Source: Candidatus Micrarchaeia archaeon (GTDB lineage: Archaea; Micrarchaeota; Micrarchaeia; CABMEP01). From it: a stretch of DNA of 64,000 nt. Both the position numbers and the translations under genes were made by a program. Positions 28,901 to 37,250 of this stretch are shown piece by piece. A model generated the notes under the pieces. It was given only the letters and a program-made list of their open reading frames with translations. It was not told the DNA's origin and did not search any database. Where the stretch lies: NCBI GenBank assembly GCA_038880755.1, contig JAVZRC010000001.1:8791-72790 (forward strand), given 5' to 3'. Every line of letters begins with the position of its first letter. Positions within the stretch are counted from its first letter, which is position 1.

Positions 28901-29046
28901 ACAGGTATATTTATTGGATGCCTTGAATGCTGAATTATAATTTCAGTTGGATTTTTATCTACAGGACAGATATTAACTGTGAAAACTAGAGGGATTGCAA
29001 AGAGGACAAGTATGATAATTAATCCAGTTACTTTCATTTGTATCAA
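25930..29046 (-). CDS. large (1038 aa) bitopic coiled-coil protein, signal peptide plus internal TM
   Basis: Signal peptide LIIILVLFAIPLVFTV, about 150-aa N-terminal domain, TM LISLTACAPLFIIFALLVAAMF, then about 850 aa of heptad-rich coiled coil. Confidence 0.6.
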   Translation of the reverse strand: MIQMKVTGLIIILVLFAIPLVFTVNICPVDKNPTEIIIQHSRHPINIPVGITDNTIDVNIQLNAIDRKTQNRIPLANKNITIELVIGSKFVTKNAAGEFVLSDESAPFVVNTNENGSVSFTLYTQPPLLENSTDPRKISYSITATFTPKPKEPFMGSAKTERYVPGVFPLISLTACAPLFIIFALLVAAMFASGKNPFGLFDFSRVAFKAPGISGGRVTTRQRTTLLGTAVGAAQSALKSATSTGAYKLGKFLTPSIEEEKKAKGTFGIVQKISSIPGKVLMSTTSRRLNKEELEKLKKAEQAAKGKLTTQEMEDVLGGNRRVVKGVFGEIRVVTASDKVSSSSLLDLFRQTFFLSLGRMGVRPWSLSYASIPEIRRPSKEMYTKEEQEEINNKVKATYGFSLQKEDIDVYGLTEKGKMKILNAIAKDEVANLEMLRNVIEGLKKGAKPTELQDIRTYLDGRIQRINEQLKSVYLSDEQKSRLIKQKSDLSVEDTNKLIRNLERILREDTERLLNRISSNGALIGFDKESLIIARKMNAKDYYSNYGVDEFKSKLRDVKELADAYGINVQRIYEAYESGDPSKINTVLKENLELIKDDSNKIAAFNYIIKDIQIGTIHRFLDQLELTDEKGRKITNPNEKIIAFSNMNYELPENKEKLTKNIIDTLDLEKKLNSKGLERAVKIVNGEKTDVTPETVLFTVLKGEEIINNKIKNLQKELEELYIKYRNPTIGTPGYDEVKSKENQIESAKIELERVIKGTEFIRKERDNLILMKEIYEVAKNAPSLSPVSSLTVDSAMIMKKTFEAAEIKSAAETTSSINSGNGYTRYKLDEAQKELNKALQLLSPPYTLNESEIKLREGLSKVKEDFEKYNSEIYIPKDNNQTFTTVGKLDSLSNQIHEEIRKLETSYKSKEVHSHEERTKYNELLNHLNNVNTNIAAGKERTEEEIKKHIQTNRYNPFVSLIDEIEYKHFSEDGIKPEVLKKKLNENKIFGTGTIIYIYSGKKEYEKNMEEEKREWIEAFYSGVSKGKVTEIGVKNK

Positions 29047-29094
29047 TACATTATATAAGTTTGAATTTTAAATCTTTTTATTAATATAATATCA

Positions 29095-30723
29095 ATGAAG
29101 AAATCTAATAAAATAGATATAAAATTTAATTATTCATTATTCATTCTGTTTAGCTTAATTATTTTTGCTTACGCCCAAACGCAGACACAAAGCCAACAGA
29201 CATGGCAGCAGTATGTTCCTAATTGGTTTCCTTTGTTTGCAATTGCAATTGGAATAGGATTTGGAATAACTGGACTTGCATTCATGTTAGCAAGAACCTT
29301 TCAACTTACACAGATGGAAACATGGGCCAGAGCAGAATTGTTTGAGGTAACTGGAAGTGCATTCTTAGTTTTAATAATACTAATAACATTGGGAGTAATT
29401 GACAATCTATTCATTGCGGCTGTAGGAATGAAGCCAACAGATCTTTCACTTGATTTCACAAATAGGATTTCAGAAAGATTGATGGATAGGTATATTGATT
29501 CGGTTAAGCTAGGTGCAGCAGTAGGTATGCTTTCAGGTCCACCAGTCCAATATTTAGGAGCAACATCTTCCACATCAGACAAAAGCGGTCAGACAAATCA
29601 AGGAAGCGGAACTGAAGTTACAGGAGGTAATGATGGTAAACCAGTGCAGTCTCCAGAGACACCAAATAGAATCTGGATGGTAGCCATTAAATCTTTTAAA
29701 ATGAGTTACCTAACATTTTATGCTGCAGATGTTTTTAATGGTCATTTTAACTTAGTTCAATCTATAGCTTTAACTTCTTTAGGAGTTTCTATCTTTTCCC
29801 ATATCTTATTGAATTTTATAAATAGTATTGCAATTCCATTTTTAATTCCATTTGGATTGTTTTTGAGCATATTTGCATTCACAAGGAAAATGGGAAGAAC
29901 CATAATTGCGTTTGGGGTGGGGCTCTACCTTTTTGTTCCGCTTTCCATAATAATTGCTCAAACAATGTATGATTCTGCATTTAAGCCGAATTCTTCCATC
30001 CCAGCGATAAGTAGACCTTCAGGAAATTCAAATATAGATCGTTTTACAACAGAGGTTTTTGCTTATGAAGCTTTAGATCTGCTTTCGCAATTAGCAATTG
30101 CCCAATATGCAATTTTAACCAATGCAGATACCTCACTACTGCCAAGTTGTGTAACCGGAGCAATTTCCCTTTCTTCAATATGTGGGATAGCTGCTCCAGC
30201 TTGTGCTCCAGTATTTACAATGATATGTTCTATGCTTGGTGGCATGTCTGACGTGGGAAGCGGGTCAGATAATATAAATACAATACAAAACGTTTTTTCT
30301 GTTTTGAGAGTTGCTTCTTTAAGTACGATTCTTGATGTACCAATCCCTGAACAATTAGGTTCAGCAAGTGCAACTATTGTAAGTCTAGCTGTAGCAGGTG
30401 GTGCATCCACATTTATATTCCATTTAATTCCATCAAATGTGATAACTATAAATTACATTATGCCAGTTCTGCAGCAATTAATGAACTTTGGGCAGTACGA
30501 AGTATCAGTTTTGACAGCTTCTCTATATGCAAACATGAATCAATACCTAGCAATCAAGTTAACAAACATCACGCTTGCATACACTCCATATGTAATGCAA
30601 GATGCAGTTCCTGCATTGCTTATTCCATTTATAATCATATTTACAGTTATAACTGGCATAAGGTCAATTTCTCCAGCTATTGGAGGGGAAGTTCAAATAC
30701 TGGGAGTTTCGGAACTTATATGA
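29095..30723 (+). CDS. paralogue 1 of 6: polytopic membrane protein of novel family (C-terminal GGEVQILGVSELI)
   Basis: Signal peptide, TM1-(ETWARAELFE)-TM2 hairpin, conserved helix FTRKMGRTIIAFGVGLYLFVPL and conserved C-terminal tail. Confidence 0.65.
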   Translation: MKKSNKIDIKFNYSLFILFSLIIFAYAQTQTQSQQTWQQYVPNWFPLFAIAIGIGFGITGLAFMLARTFQLTQMETWARAELFEVTGSAFLVLIILITLGVIDNLFIAAVGMKPTDLSLDFTNRISERLMDRYIDSVKLGAAVGMLSGPPVQYLGATSSTSDKSGQTNQGSGTEVTGGNDGKPVQSPETPNRIWMVAIKSFKMSYLTFYAADVFNGHFNLVQSIALTSLGVSIFSHILLNFINSIAIPFLIPFGLFLSIFAFTRKMGRTIIAFGVGLYLFVPLSIIIAQTMYDSAFKPNSSIPAISRPSGNSNIDRFTTEVFAYEALDLLSQLAIAQYAILTNADTSLLPSCVTGAISLSSICGIAAPACAPVFTMICSMLGGMSDVGSGSDNINTIQNVFSVLRVASLSTILDVPIPEQLGSASATIVSLAVAGGASTFIFHLIPSNVITINYIMPVLQQLMNFGQYEVSVLTASLYANMNQYLAIKLTNITLAYTPYVMQDAVPALLIPFIIIFTVITGIRSISPAIGGEVQILGVSELI

Positions 30724-30746
30724 AATAATACAAGGAGTGTTAGACC

Positions 30747-31619
30747 ATGGGATTTAGCGATATACCGACATGTTTAAGTACATGCACATTATCATCAGAG
30801 TATTCAAACTGGCTTCCTTTAGCTGGTATGATAATATTCATAGTTCTGCTTGGAATATCTATAGGCTTTATGATATCTAGATTTCTAAATAGACGCGACT
30901 GGGAGGCAATGATAAGATTAGAATTATACCATCTGTCAGTTGCAGTTATTTGGATCGGATTAATCGCAATAGTTGCCAATATTACATGTTCATTGTCATG
31001 TTCAATAACTAAAGATGAGAGTCCATTCACATCTTCAATTAATTACCTTAACACAATTAATTCAAAATTAAGCAGTATTGTAAATTCCTTGTATGAGAAA
31101 GCAAAGAATATAAGGATAGAAACAGCATATTATGACGCATTTGCCAATTTCATGTATTCGCCAAAGGCAGGATGTGATAATGTTGCATCAGTATATGAGA
31201 ATTTTTCATTCATGTTATCTCCATTCGTGGCCAGTCTTTTGATTCAGCAGTATGCTTTAATTTTTATAAGCCAGATAGCATTTACTTATCTACTTCCTAT
31301 TGGAATAATTCTTCGCTTGATTCCAGGATTTAAAGACGCATCTTCATATGTTATTGCTATCGCATTTGCATTTTATATCATCTTGCCTTTAACCTATGTT
31401 TTCGCGCAAAAGGCAACGGAAGGAATTTCGCTATCTTTGATTGATACAGATGCAAGTGATTGTGTATCTGCTAATGAAATTCAAACTATATTAACTGATG
31501 TTGGATTGCTTTTGCCACAGGCAGTATTCTTCCCTGCTTTAAGTAGCATTATTACAATTGGAGCAGCAAGAGCGCTTGCAGAGATATTTAAGTATGATTT
31601 CATTGAACTAAGGGGATAA
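30747..31619 (+). CDS. paralogue 2 of 6: polytopic membrane protein of novel family
   Basis: TM1-(RRDWEAMIRLEL)-TM2 hairpin. Motif LPIGIILRLIPGFKDASSYVIAIAFAFYIILPL. Confidence 0.6.
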   Translation: MGFSDIPTCLSTCTLSSEYSNWLPLAGMIIFIVLLGISIGFMISRFLNRRDWEAMIRLELYHLSVAVIWIGLIAIVANITCSLSCSITKDESPFTSSINYLNTINSKLSSIVNSLYEKAKNIRIETAYYDAFANFMYSPKAGCDNVASVYENFSFMLSPFVASLLIQQYALIFISQIAFTYLLPIGIILRLIPGFKDASSYVIAIAFAFYIILPLTYVFAQKATEGISLSLIDTDASDCVSANEIQTILTDVGLLLPQAVFFPALSSIITIGAARALAEIFKYDFIELRG

Positions 31620-31620
31620 A

Positions 31621-32808
31621 TTGGTATTAGACAAAATAAATAATAAAGTTAAAGGATACACTGTAAAGATAGCTATGGTAGTGTTTGTTCTAATTTTATG
31701 TATCTCATTTTCATTTGCAGCTCAAGATGTTTTCGGTTTCCATACAGATGTTGATTGGATTCTAATTGCATATTTAGTTATACTTATTGTTGCACTACTA
31801 TTGGGAATCGCATTTATGATATCTAAAGTATTTGCAATGCATGAGTTAGAGGCATGGACAAGAGAAGAGGCAATGAATCTTATTATATCAATTGCAATTC
31901 TCGTTTTATTTACTGCATTTGTTGGTGTAGCTGAACAAATAGCAAATTCTTTATCTAAAGACGTTCTTTCTTCAAGTGTTTCTGCAAGTGCTTCAGGAAA
32001 CATAAGTTACTGGCAATACATACCAAATGAGGGCAGGTGGAAAACGATAGAAACTTCCAACCCATCCTGTGAATATCCATGTTACATATATATGGCAAGA
32101 GGCTTCCTAGGTTCTTTGTATGAAAAATATGGAGAATCTTTAAAGAGTATTGCCCAATATTATTTCGTTTCAGTGTTCTATTCCACTCAATCTATAGGGT
32201 CTGGCGTTGACTTTACCTGGGGCAAATTTAAATTTGAATTTGGAATTGGATTCCCGTTGAATGCAGGTTTAACTATATATAACAATATACTAGCAACTGT
32301 AGTAAGCGAGTATTTGAAAATAATTACAGCTATAAAAATGCAGGAAATTGCTTTAGTTTATCTTTCATCTCTTGCAGGCATGTTCTTCATACTTGGAATA
32401 ATCTCCCGTTCAGTTTGGTTTTTAAGAAAATTCGGCGGTCTGTTTGTAGCTGCAGGCATAGGTTTATATTTAATATTTCCAATGGTTTATGTTTTAAGTT
32501 GGTACACGATTGACAGATCTGCAATAATATTTGAAGTGGATCTTCCACAACCAGTATCTTCCGATGATCCACTTTCATTCTTTACTGGCGGGATTGGAGG
32601 TTTAGGAAATGTTGATTTGTTATTTACAAGATATAATGATAATGGATCTGTAATTTCAATTGGAATGTTAGATTCGTTAGGAAGATCATATATTCCAATA
32701 ATAGTAGTGCCAATCCTTGCAATTTTTACCACTCTTGGATTTATAAGGCATTTCTCACCAATGATAGGTGGAGATCCTGAAATAGCAGGTCTTACAAGAA
32801 TCATTTAA
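31621..32808 (+). CDS. paralogue 3 of 6: polytopic membrane protein of novel family (C-terminal IGGDPEIAGLTRII)
   Basis: Motif ISRSVWFLRKFGGLFVAAGIGLYLIFPMVYVL. The track start is a TTG. An ATG at 31675 gives a clean signal peptide. Confidence 0.6.
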   Translation: MVLDKINNKVKGYTVKIAMVVFVLILCISFSFAAQDVFGFHTDVDWILIAYLVILIVALLLGIAFMISKVFAMHELEAWTREEAMNLIISIAILVLFTAFVGVAEQIANSLSKDVLSSSVSASASGNISYWQYIPNEGRWKTIETSNPSCEYPCYIYMARGFLGSLYEKYGESLKSIAQYYFVSVFYSTQSIGSGVDFTWGKFKFEFGIGFPLNAGLTIYNNILATVVSEYLKIITAIKMQEIALVYLSSLAGMFFILGIISRSVWFLRKFGGLFVAAGIGLYLIFPMVYVLSWYTIDRSAIIFEVDLPQPVSSDDPLSFFTGGIGGLGNVDLLFTRYNDNGSVISIGMLDSLGRSYIPIIVVPILAIFTTLGFIRHFSPMIGGDPEIAGLTRII

Positions 32809-32822
32809 GCATATGAAAGTAA

Positions 32823-33971
32823 GTGGATATCATGATATTTAGTGTAAGTGAGTATATGAAAAATAATGAAACAAAGAAGAAAAACGCAAGTTCAATATTA
32901 GATCTATTTTCAAGAAGCTTAATCATGTTTTTCATATTAATTTCAATATCCTTTGCTGCAACAGAATGCGGTTACTTTGGAACATATCTTTACAACAATG
33001 TATGTGTTCCTGACTTATTAGTCAATTTGAGTACGATATTAATTTTAATTGGAATCATTATAGGCTCAATATTTTATGGACTGGGCATTGCATTAGAGCA
33101 TACAAGAATTAAAGAATGGTCTAAAGACTTCCTTTATCAACTACTTGGTACAGCAGTAATTCTTTCTGTTTATCTAGGTCTTGTAGCTTCTTTAAACAGT
33201 TTCGCACCTGCAATTTATAATTCAAATCTTGCATATCCTGCTGAAAGCACTGTTCGTTCACTTTCAGATACTAAATGGATAAATGTCCAGTCACATTCTG
33301 AAAAATATGTGGGCTGTCTTTTAAGTTACACTAAAGATGCAACATTGGAAATAGTAAGAGTATCCTCTTCATTGTCCTCTTTAGCGTCCATCTCTATTCA
33401 ATTAATTTCTGGTTCATTCAGCAACTTTTATCCATTATTTCCAACTGGAGGAGGTCTCACTTCTATAATGTCAGTTCTAATAGGAGCACTTGCAGCAACC
33501 ATTATCCAGCTTAAGCTTCAATTTGAAATACTAAAGCTAAATTCTGCATTGTTTAGTATTGTGCTTCCACTTGGATTGATATTGAGATCATTTCCATATA
33601 CTAGAGGGGCAGGAGCAGCGATGATAGCAATAACATTTGGATTTACAATTTTTCTGCCTATATTTTATTTGATCATAGAGGACATAGGTTATCATTTTTA
33701 CCAAAAAGATGTATGTTCAATACATCCGCCATCAATAGGATTTTTCCAGATGGTAGATATGGGAATAAAAATTGCGCAAAAGGGAGCGGTTTCAACTCTT
33801 CAAAAATATTTTGGAGTCGGGGGCGATTTTGAAAGTCTGACAACAGTTTTATTAATACAGGCTACCATTCTTCCATTTGTAGCTTATTTAGTAGTTCTTA
33901 ATATAATTAAGAGGCTTGCAGAGGTGCTAGGTGGAGAGATAGACTTCAGCACATTGGTGAGATTGATATGA
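32823..33971 (+). CDS. paralogue 4 of 6: polytopic membrane protein of novel family (C-terminal LGGEIDFSTLVRLI)
   Basis: Motif LPLGLILRSFPYTRGAGAAMIAITFGFTIFLPIFYL. The start may instead be the ATG at 32856. Confidence 0.65.
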   Translation: MDIMIFSVSEYMKNNETKKKNASSILDLFSRSLIMFFILISISFAATECGYFGTYLYNNVCVPDLLVNLSTILILIGIIIGSIFYGLGIALEHTRIKEWSKDFLYQLLGTAVILSVYLGLVASLNSFAPAIYNSNLAYPAESTVRSLSDTKWINVQSHSEKYVGCLLSYTKDATLEIVRVSSSLSSLASISIQLISGSFSNFYPLFPTGGGLTSIMSVLIGALAATIIQLKLQFEILKLNSALFSIVLPLGLILRSFPYTRGAGAAMIAITFGFTIFLPIFYLIIEDIGYHFYQKDVCSIHPPSIGFFQMVDMGIKIAQKGAVSTLQKYFGVGGDFESLTTVLLIQATILPFVAYLVVLNIIKRLAEVLGGEIDFSTLVRLI

Positions 33972-35104
33972 AAAAGGGATTCAAACATATATTGTATTTA
34001 GCTTTGCTGCTTCTCATTATTCTACTTAATCCTGTGCATGCTCAAACAAATACTAACCAAGATAATGTGCCGAATGGTTGTGAAGTTGCATTGCTTTTGG
34101 ATTTTGGAAATCAAAGCAACAGTGCTATAGGTGTAGAGCAGAATTGGAAATCTTTGTCCTTTATTGGATTATTGGTTTCTTTATTTCTGTTAATTTTTGC
34201 GTATTTAATAGGTAAATCTTTAGATTCCCCACAACTTATAGCTAGAGCTAAGACAGATATGATTCAGGTAGTTGTGACTGCAATAATGCTTGGAGTTCTT
34301 TATTCAATATTGCTCTTTATTTGTAGCATTGATGCATCTCAATTTGGATTTAATTTTACTTCATTTTTTGATGGAGCAAGAATGTATCTTGAATACTCAA
34401 GAGCATCGGCGCTTAACGCTTACCTTAAATGTACAAATGCAATGATGATCATAACTGGATTGTCTACATTCAATATAAACAATCCAAACTTTATAGATTT
34501 GGGTGCATTTCTACATATAGGGGTTTACTTTAAACCTTTTGCAGGTTATGGAATTACAATAGGCGCTCTTAACTGGTTCTCCAGTCTGGTACAACTTTCA
34601 TATTCATTAATTACGGGATATATTGTGGTTCTAGATGCAATTCAGCTGTATTTCCTTAATCTACTTCTTCCAGCAGGAGTAGTATTGAGATGTTTTTCGC
34701 CAACAAGAGATTTAGGCGGTGTGCTAATTGCAATAAGTGTAGGCTTATTCTTTTTCTATCCATTACTGTTTTCATTTTCATATATGATTATTGGTCAGCC
34801 AGATCCAAATGTAAGATTGCCAGATATGGATTGGGAAAGTGAGATAAATAGTGCTGTAGCTAAATCTGTAGCACTATCATCAGTTCCTTTAGGCAGTCTT
34901 GTAACTATCTTCAATTCATTGTTCGGCAAAGGCGGAGAAGCAATAGATAGACTGAACGAGGCATATATTGCGACAGGCAGTGTGATTTTATATGTTTTTA
35001 TATTACCTGCAATTAATTGGATTATCTTAGTAGCGATCATCAGAGAATTAAGCAAGGCATTAGGCCAGGAAGTAGATATATCTGGTTTGGCAAGAATGAT
35101 CTGA
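33968..35104 (+). CDS. paralogue 5 of 6: polytopic membrane protein of novel family (C-terminal LGQEVDISGLARMI)
   Basis: Motif LLPAGVVLRCFSPTRDLGGVLIAISVGLFFFYPL. A 4-bp ATGA overlap with paralogue 4 suggests translational coupling. Confidence 0.65.
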   Translation: MKKGFKHILYLALLLLIILLNPVHAQTNTNQDNVPNGCEVALLLDFGNQSNSAIGVEQNWKSLSFIGLLVSLFLLIFAYLIGKSLDSPQLIARAKTDMIQVVVTAIMLGVLYSILLFICSIDASQFGFNFTSFFDGARMYLEYSRASALNAYLKCTNAMMIITGLSTFNINNPNFIDLGAFLHIGVYFKPFAGYGITIGALNWFSSLVQLSYSLITGYIVVLDAIQLYFLNLLLPAGVVLRCFSPTRDLGGVLIAISVGLFFFYPLLFSFSYMIIGQPDPNVRLPDMDWESEINSAVAKSVALSSVPLGSLVTIFNSLFGKGGEAIDRLNEAYIATGSVILYVFILPAINWIILVAIIRELSKALGQEVDISGLARMI

Positions 35105-35118
35105 GATACGGTGAAATT

Positions 35119-36366
35119 ATGTTTGTAAATCCGCAAAAAAGTAAAATAAAATCAATTCACTCATTATTTCTACAGATAATACTATTTTTACTTATTTTAA
35201 ATCAGGTGAGTGCACTTTCATGCAGCATTACAGATCAAAATTGCCCAAGCGGACAGATATGTGATAAGGGAGAATGCAGGGAATGTCTCACAAGTGCAGA
35301 ATGCTGGAGCAAAACTCTAATTAGATCTACTCCAATTGGAGGAATCTCACCTTGGGTTAGCATATCTATCATAGTTTTGCTTATATCGCTTTTAGGTGTT
35401 GCAATATTTTATATGGTAGCTTATGCATTCCAATCTGATCAGTACAAGAGAATCGCATTTGCTGAATTAATGCAGGTGTTAGCTTCATTTCTGTTGGTTG
35501 CATTTCTATTTGGATTTGAAATATTTGAAACAGATATGCTTACAAGATTAGAAAATACTTCAGGAGCAATCACAGCTGCATTAGTTCTTCAATCTCAAGG
35601 TACCTCACCCACTGCTGCACTTTCTGGAGATGTACAGATCAATCCATTTGATGTTTCATATGCATTTCTTAGGAATATGATAAATTGCGTTCAAAACAAA
35701 TTAAAAACAACATATGAGAACTCAAAAGCAATACAAACAATAATTAATTTGAATATAGATGTACAAGTGATTACACCTGGAAAGGTGAAATTTTCAGTTC
35801 CAAACCCTCTTGCATTCACATCTCTATCAGAAACTGCAGCAAAGTATGAATTCCAAGCAAATGAACTTACTTGGCTTATGATATTTCTTTACGCCCAGAT
35901 AGCAGTTCTGAAATTTATAGAAACATCGATGTTCACGGTCTTTTTGCCAATAGGGTTAATACTTAGAGCATTTCCACCTACTAGAGGGGCAGGAGCTGTG
36001 CTGGTTGCGATAGCAATAGGATTTTATCTTATCTATCCTTTGACATTCACTTTATTATATACTGGAACACCTAAGCAGATAGAAGGATGCAATCTTCAAG
36101 TTGCATTTGATTACTCTCAATTGGAAAAGACATGCCCATTAAACATTGGTGCGACCACTCAGATACTTTCTTCTGCATCTGATCTTGCTGCAACATTAGA
36201 TGCAGCTGTACCTCAATTACAAGCAGGGACATCTTCTATTAGATTCACCACATTCTTGTATATGCTTATTTCATTAGGTGTCACATTTATATTTGTCCGT
36301 TCATTGTCAAGCATATTAGGTGCAGACATTTCAGAGATAGGAAGAACAATGTTAAGATTATTATAA
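35119..36366 (+). CDS. paralogue 6 of 6: polytopic membrane protein of novel family with N-terminal Cys-rich EGF-like module
   Basis: Motif LPIGLILRAFPPTRGAGAVLVAIAIGFYLIYPL. N-terminal CSITDQNCPSGQICDKGECRECLTSAEC. Start set to the ATG at 35119, because the track start overlaps paralogue 5. Confidence 0.65.
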   Translation: MFVNPQKSKIKSIHSLFLQIILFLLILNQVSALSCSITDQNCPSGQICDKGECRECLTSAECWSKTLIRSTPIGGISPWVSISIIVLLISLLGVAIFYMVAYAFQSDQYKRIAFAELMQVLASFLLVAFLFGFEIFETDMLTRLENTSGAITAALVLQSQGTSPTAALSGDVQINPFDVSYAFLRNMINCVQNKLKTTYENSKAIQTIINLNIDVQVITPGKVKFSVPNPLAFTSLSETAAKYEFQANELTWLMIFLYAQIAVLKFIETSMFTVFLPIGLILRAFPPTRGAGAVLVAIAIGFYLIYPLTFTLLYTGTPKQIEGCNLQVAFDYSQLEKTCPLNIGATTQILSSASDLAATLDAAVPQLQAGTSSIRFTTFLYMLISLGVTFIFVRSLSSILGADISEIGRTMLRLL

Positions 36367-36388
36367 ACTGCGATGTTGGAGTGATAAT

Positions 36389-37165
36389 ATGAATAAGAAA
36401 AAGAAATTCGAATCTGACGTTTCATCAGTTCAAAACAATGCTAAAAAAGATTTCATTAAGCAGTTTACTTTTTATTTTGCAATTATATTTGGACTAATGA
36501 TAATAGCCTACGTTCTTGCAATTCTTCCCTCTTTGTTGGCAAAAAATTCTCCAAAAGTTGGACAAACAGAATTGTCTGCAGAAGACTATTCTTGCAATTC
36601 AAGCGTCACAAAAGATTCCATTGAGTACAATATTAAATATCTAATTATAAAAAACGGAACGCAAATTGGAACTCTAGAATATAATTTTTCTAAAACTGAT
36701 TCTGGATTCATTAAAAAAGAAATAGGCATGATAGATTTCACAAAGTTAGAAGATTATTCTCAAGCTATTAAAAATTCAAACATTTCACTTTTATCATCTG
36801 CTATTACAATAATAGAGACTATTTATGATTCAGATTATAATTGTAAAAACTCTTCCTATATATTGATTTTAGGAAACTCAACTTATAATTATTCTGGAGA
36901 GTGCAGCCCCCCAGACATTCCTTTCAAAATATGCAAGCAAAATATGAAAGAACTATTAAATGAAAAGATAGAGGCAGGAGCGTTTACATTCAATACAATA
37001 AAATATGAATATACACACTCACAAACTATCGAAGGTCTAAAAGAAACGCAAATTTTATATCTTTGGTTTTCAGATCTTCCATTCCCAATAAAAGTAGGTG
37101 ATTCAGAGTTTTATTTGATCCTTTCAAACTATTCAAAAAACAATATCAGCCATGAAAATAAATAG
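36389..37165 (+). CDS. hypothetical single-pass membrane protein with Cys pairs, part of the surface cluster
   Basis: TM FTFYFAIIFGLMIIAYVLAILPSLL, then a soluble Cys-containing domain. Confidence 0.45.
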   Translation: MNKKKKFESDVSSVQNNAKKDFIKQFTFYFAIIFGLMIIAYVLAILPSLLAKNSPKVGQTELSAEDYSCNSSVTKDSIEYNIKYLIIKNGTQIGTLEYNFSKTDSGFIKKEIGMIDFTKLEDYSQAIKNSNISLLSSAITIIETIYDSDYNCKNSSYILILGNSTYNYSGECSPPDIPFKICKQNMKELLNEKIEAGAFTFNTIKYEYTHSQTIEGLKETQILYLWFSDLPFPIKVGDSEFYLILSNYSKNNISHENK

Positions 37166-37250
37166 AATCTTGTTTCAATAAATAATAAATTAAACTTAAA
37201 TTCTTTATGTATAAATTAAATCAAGAAGAAAAGATGAAGAAGGTGAATAG

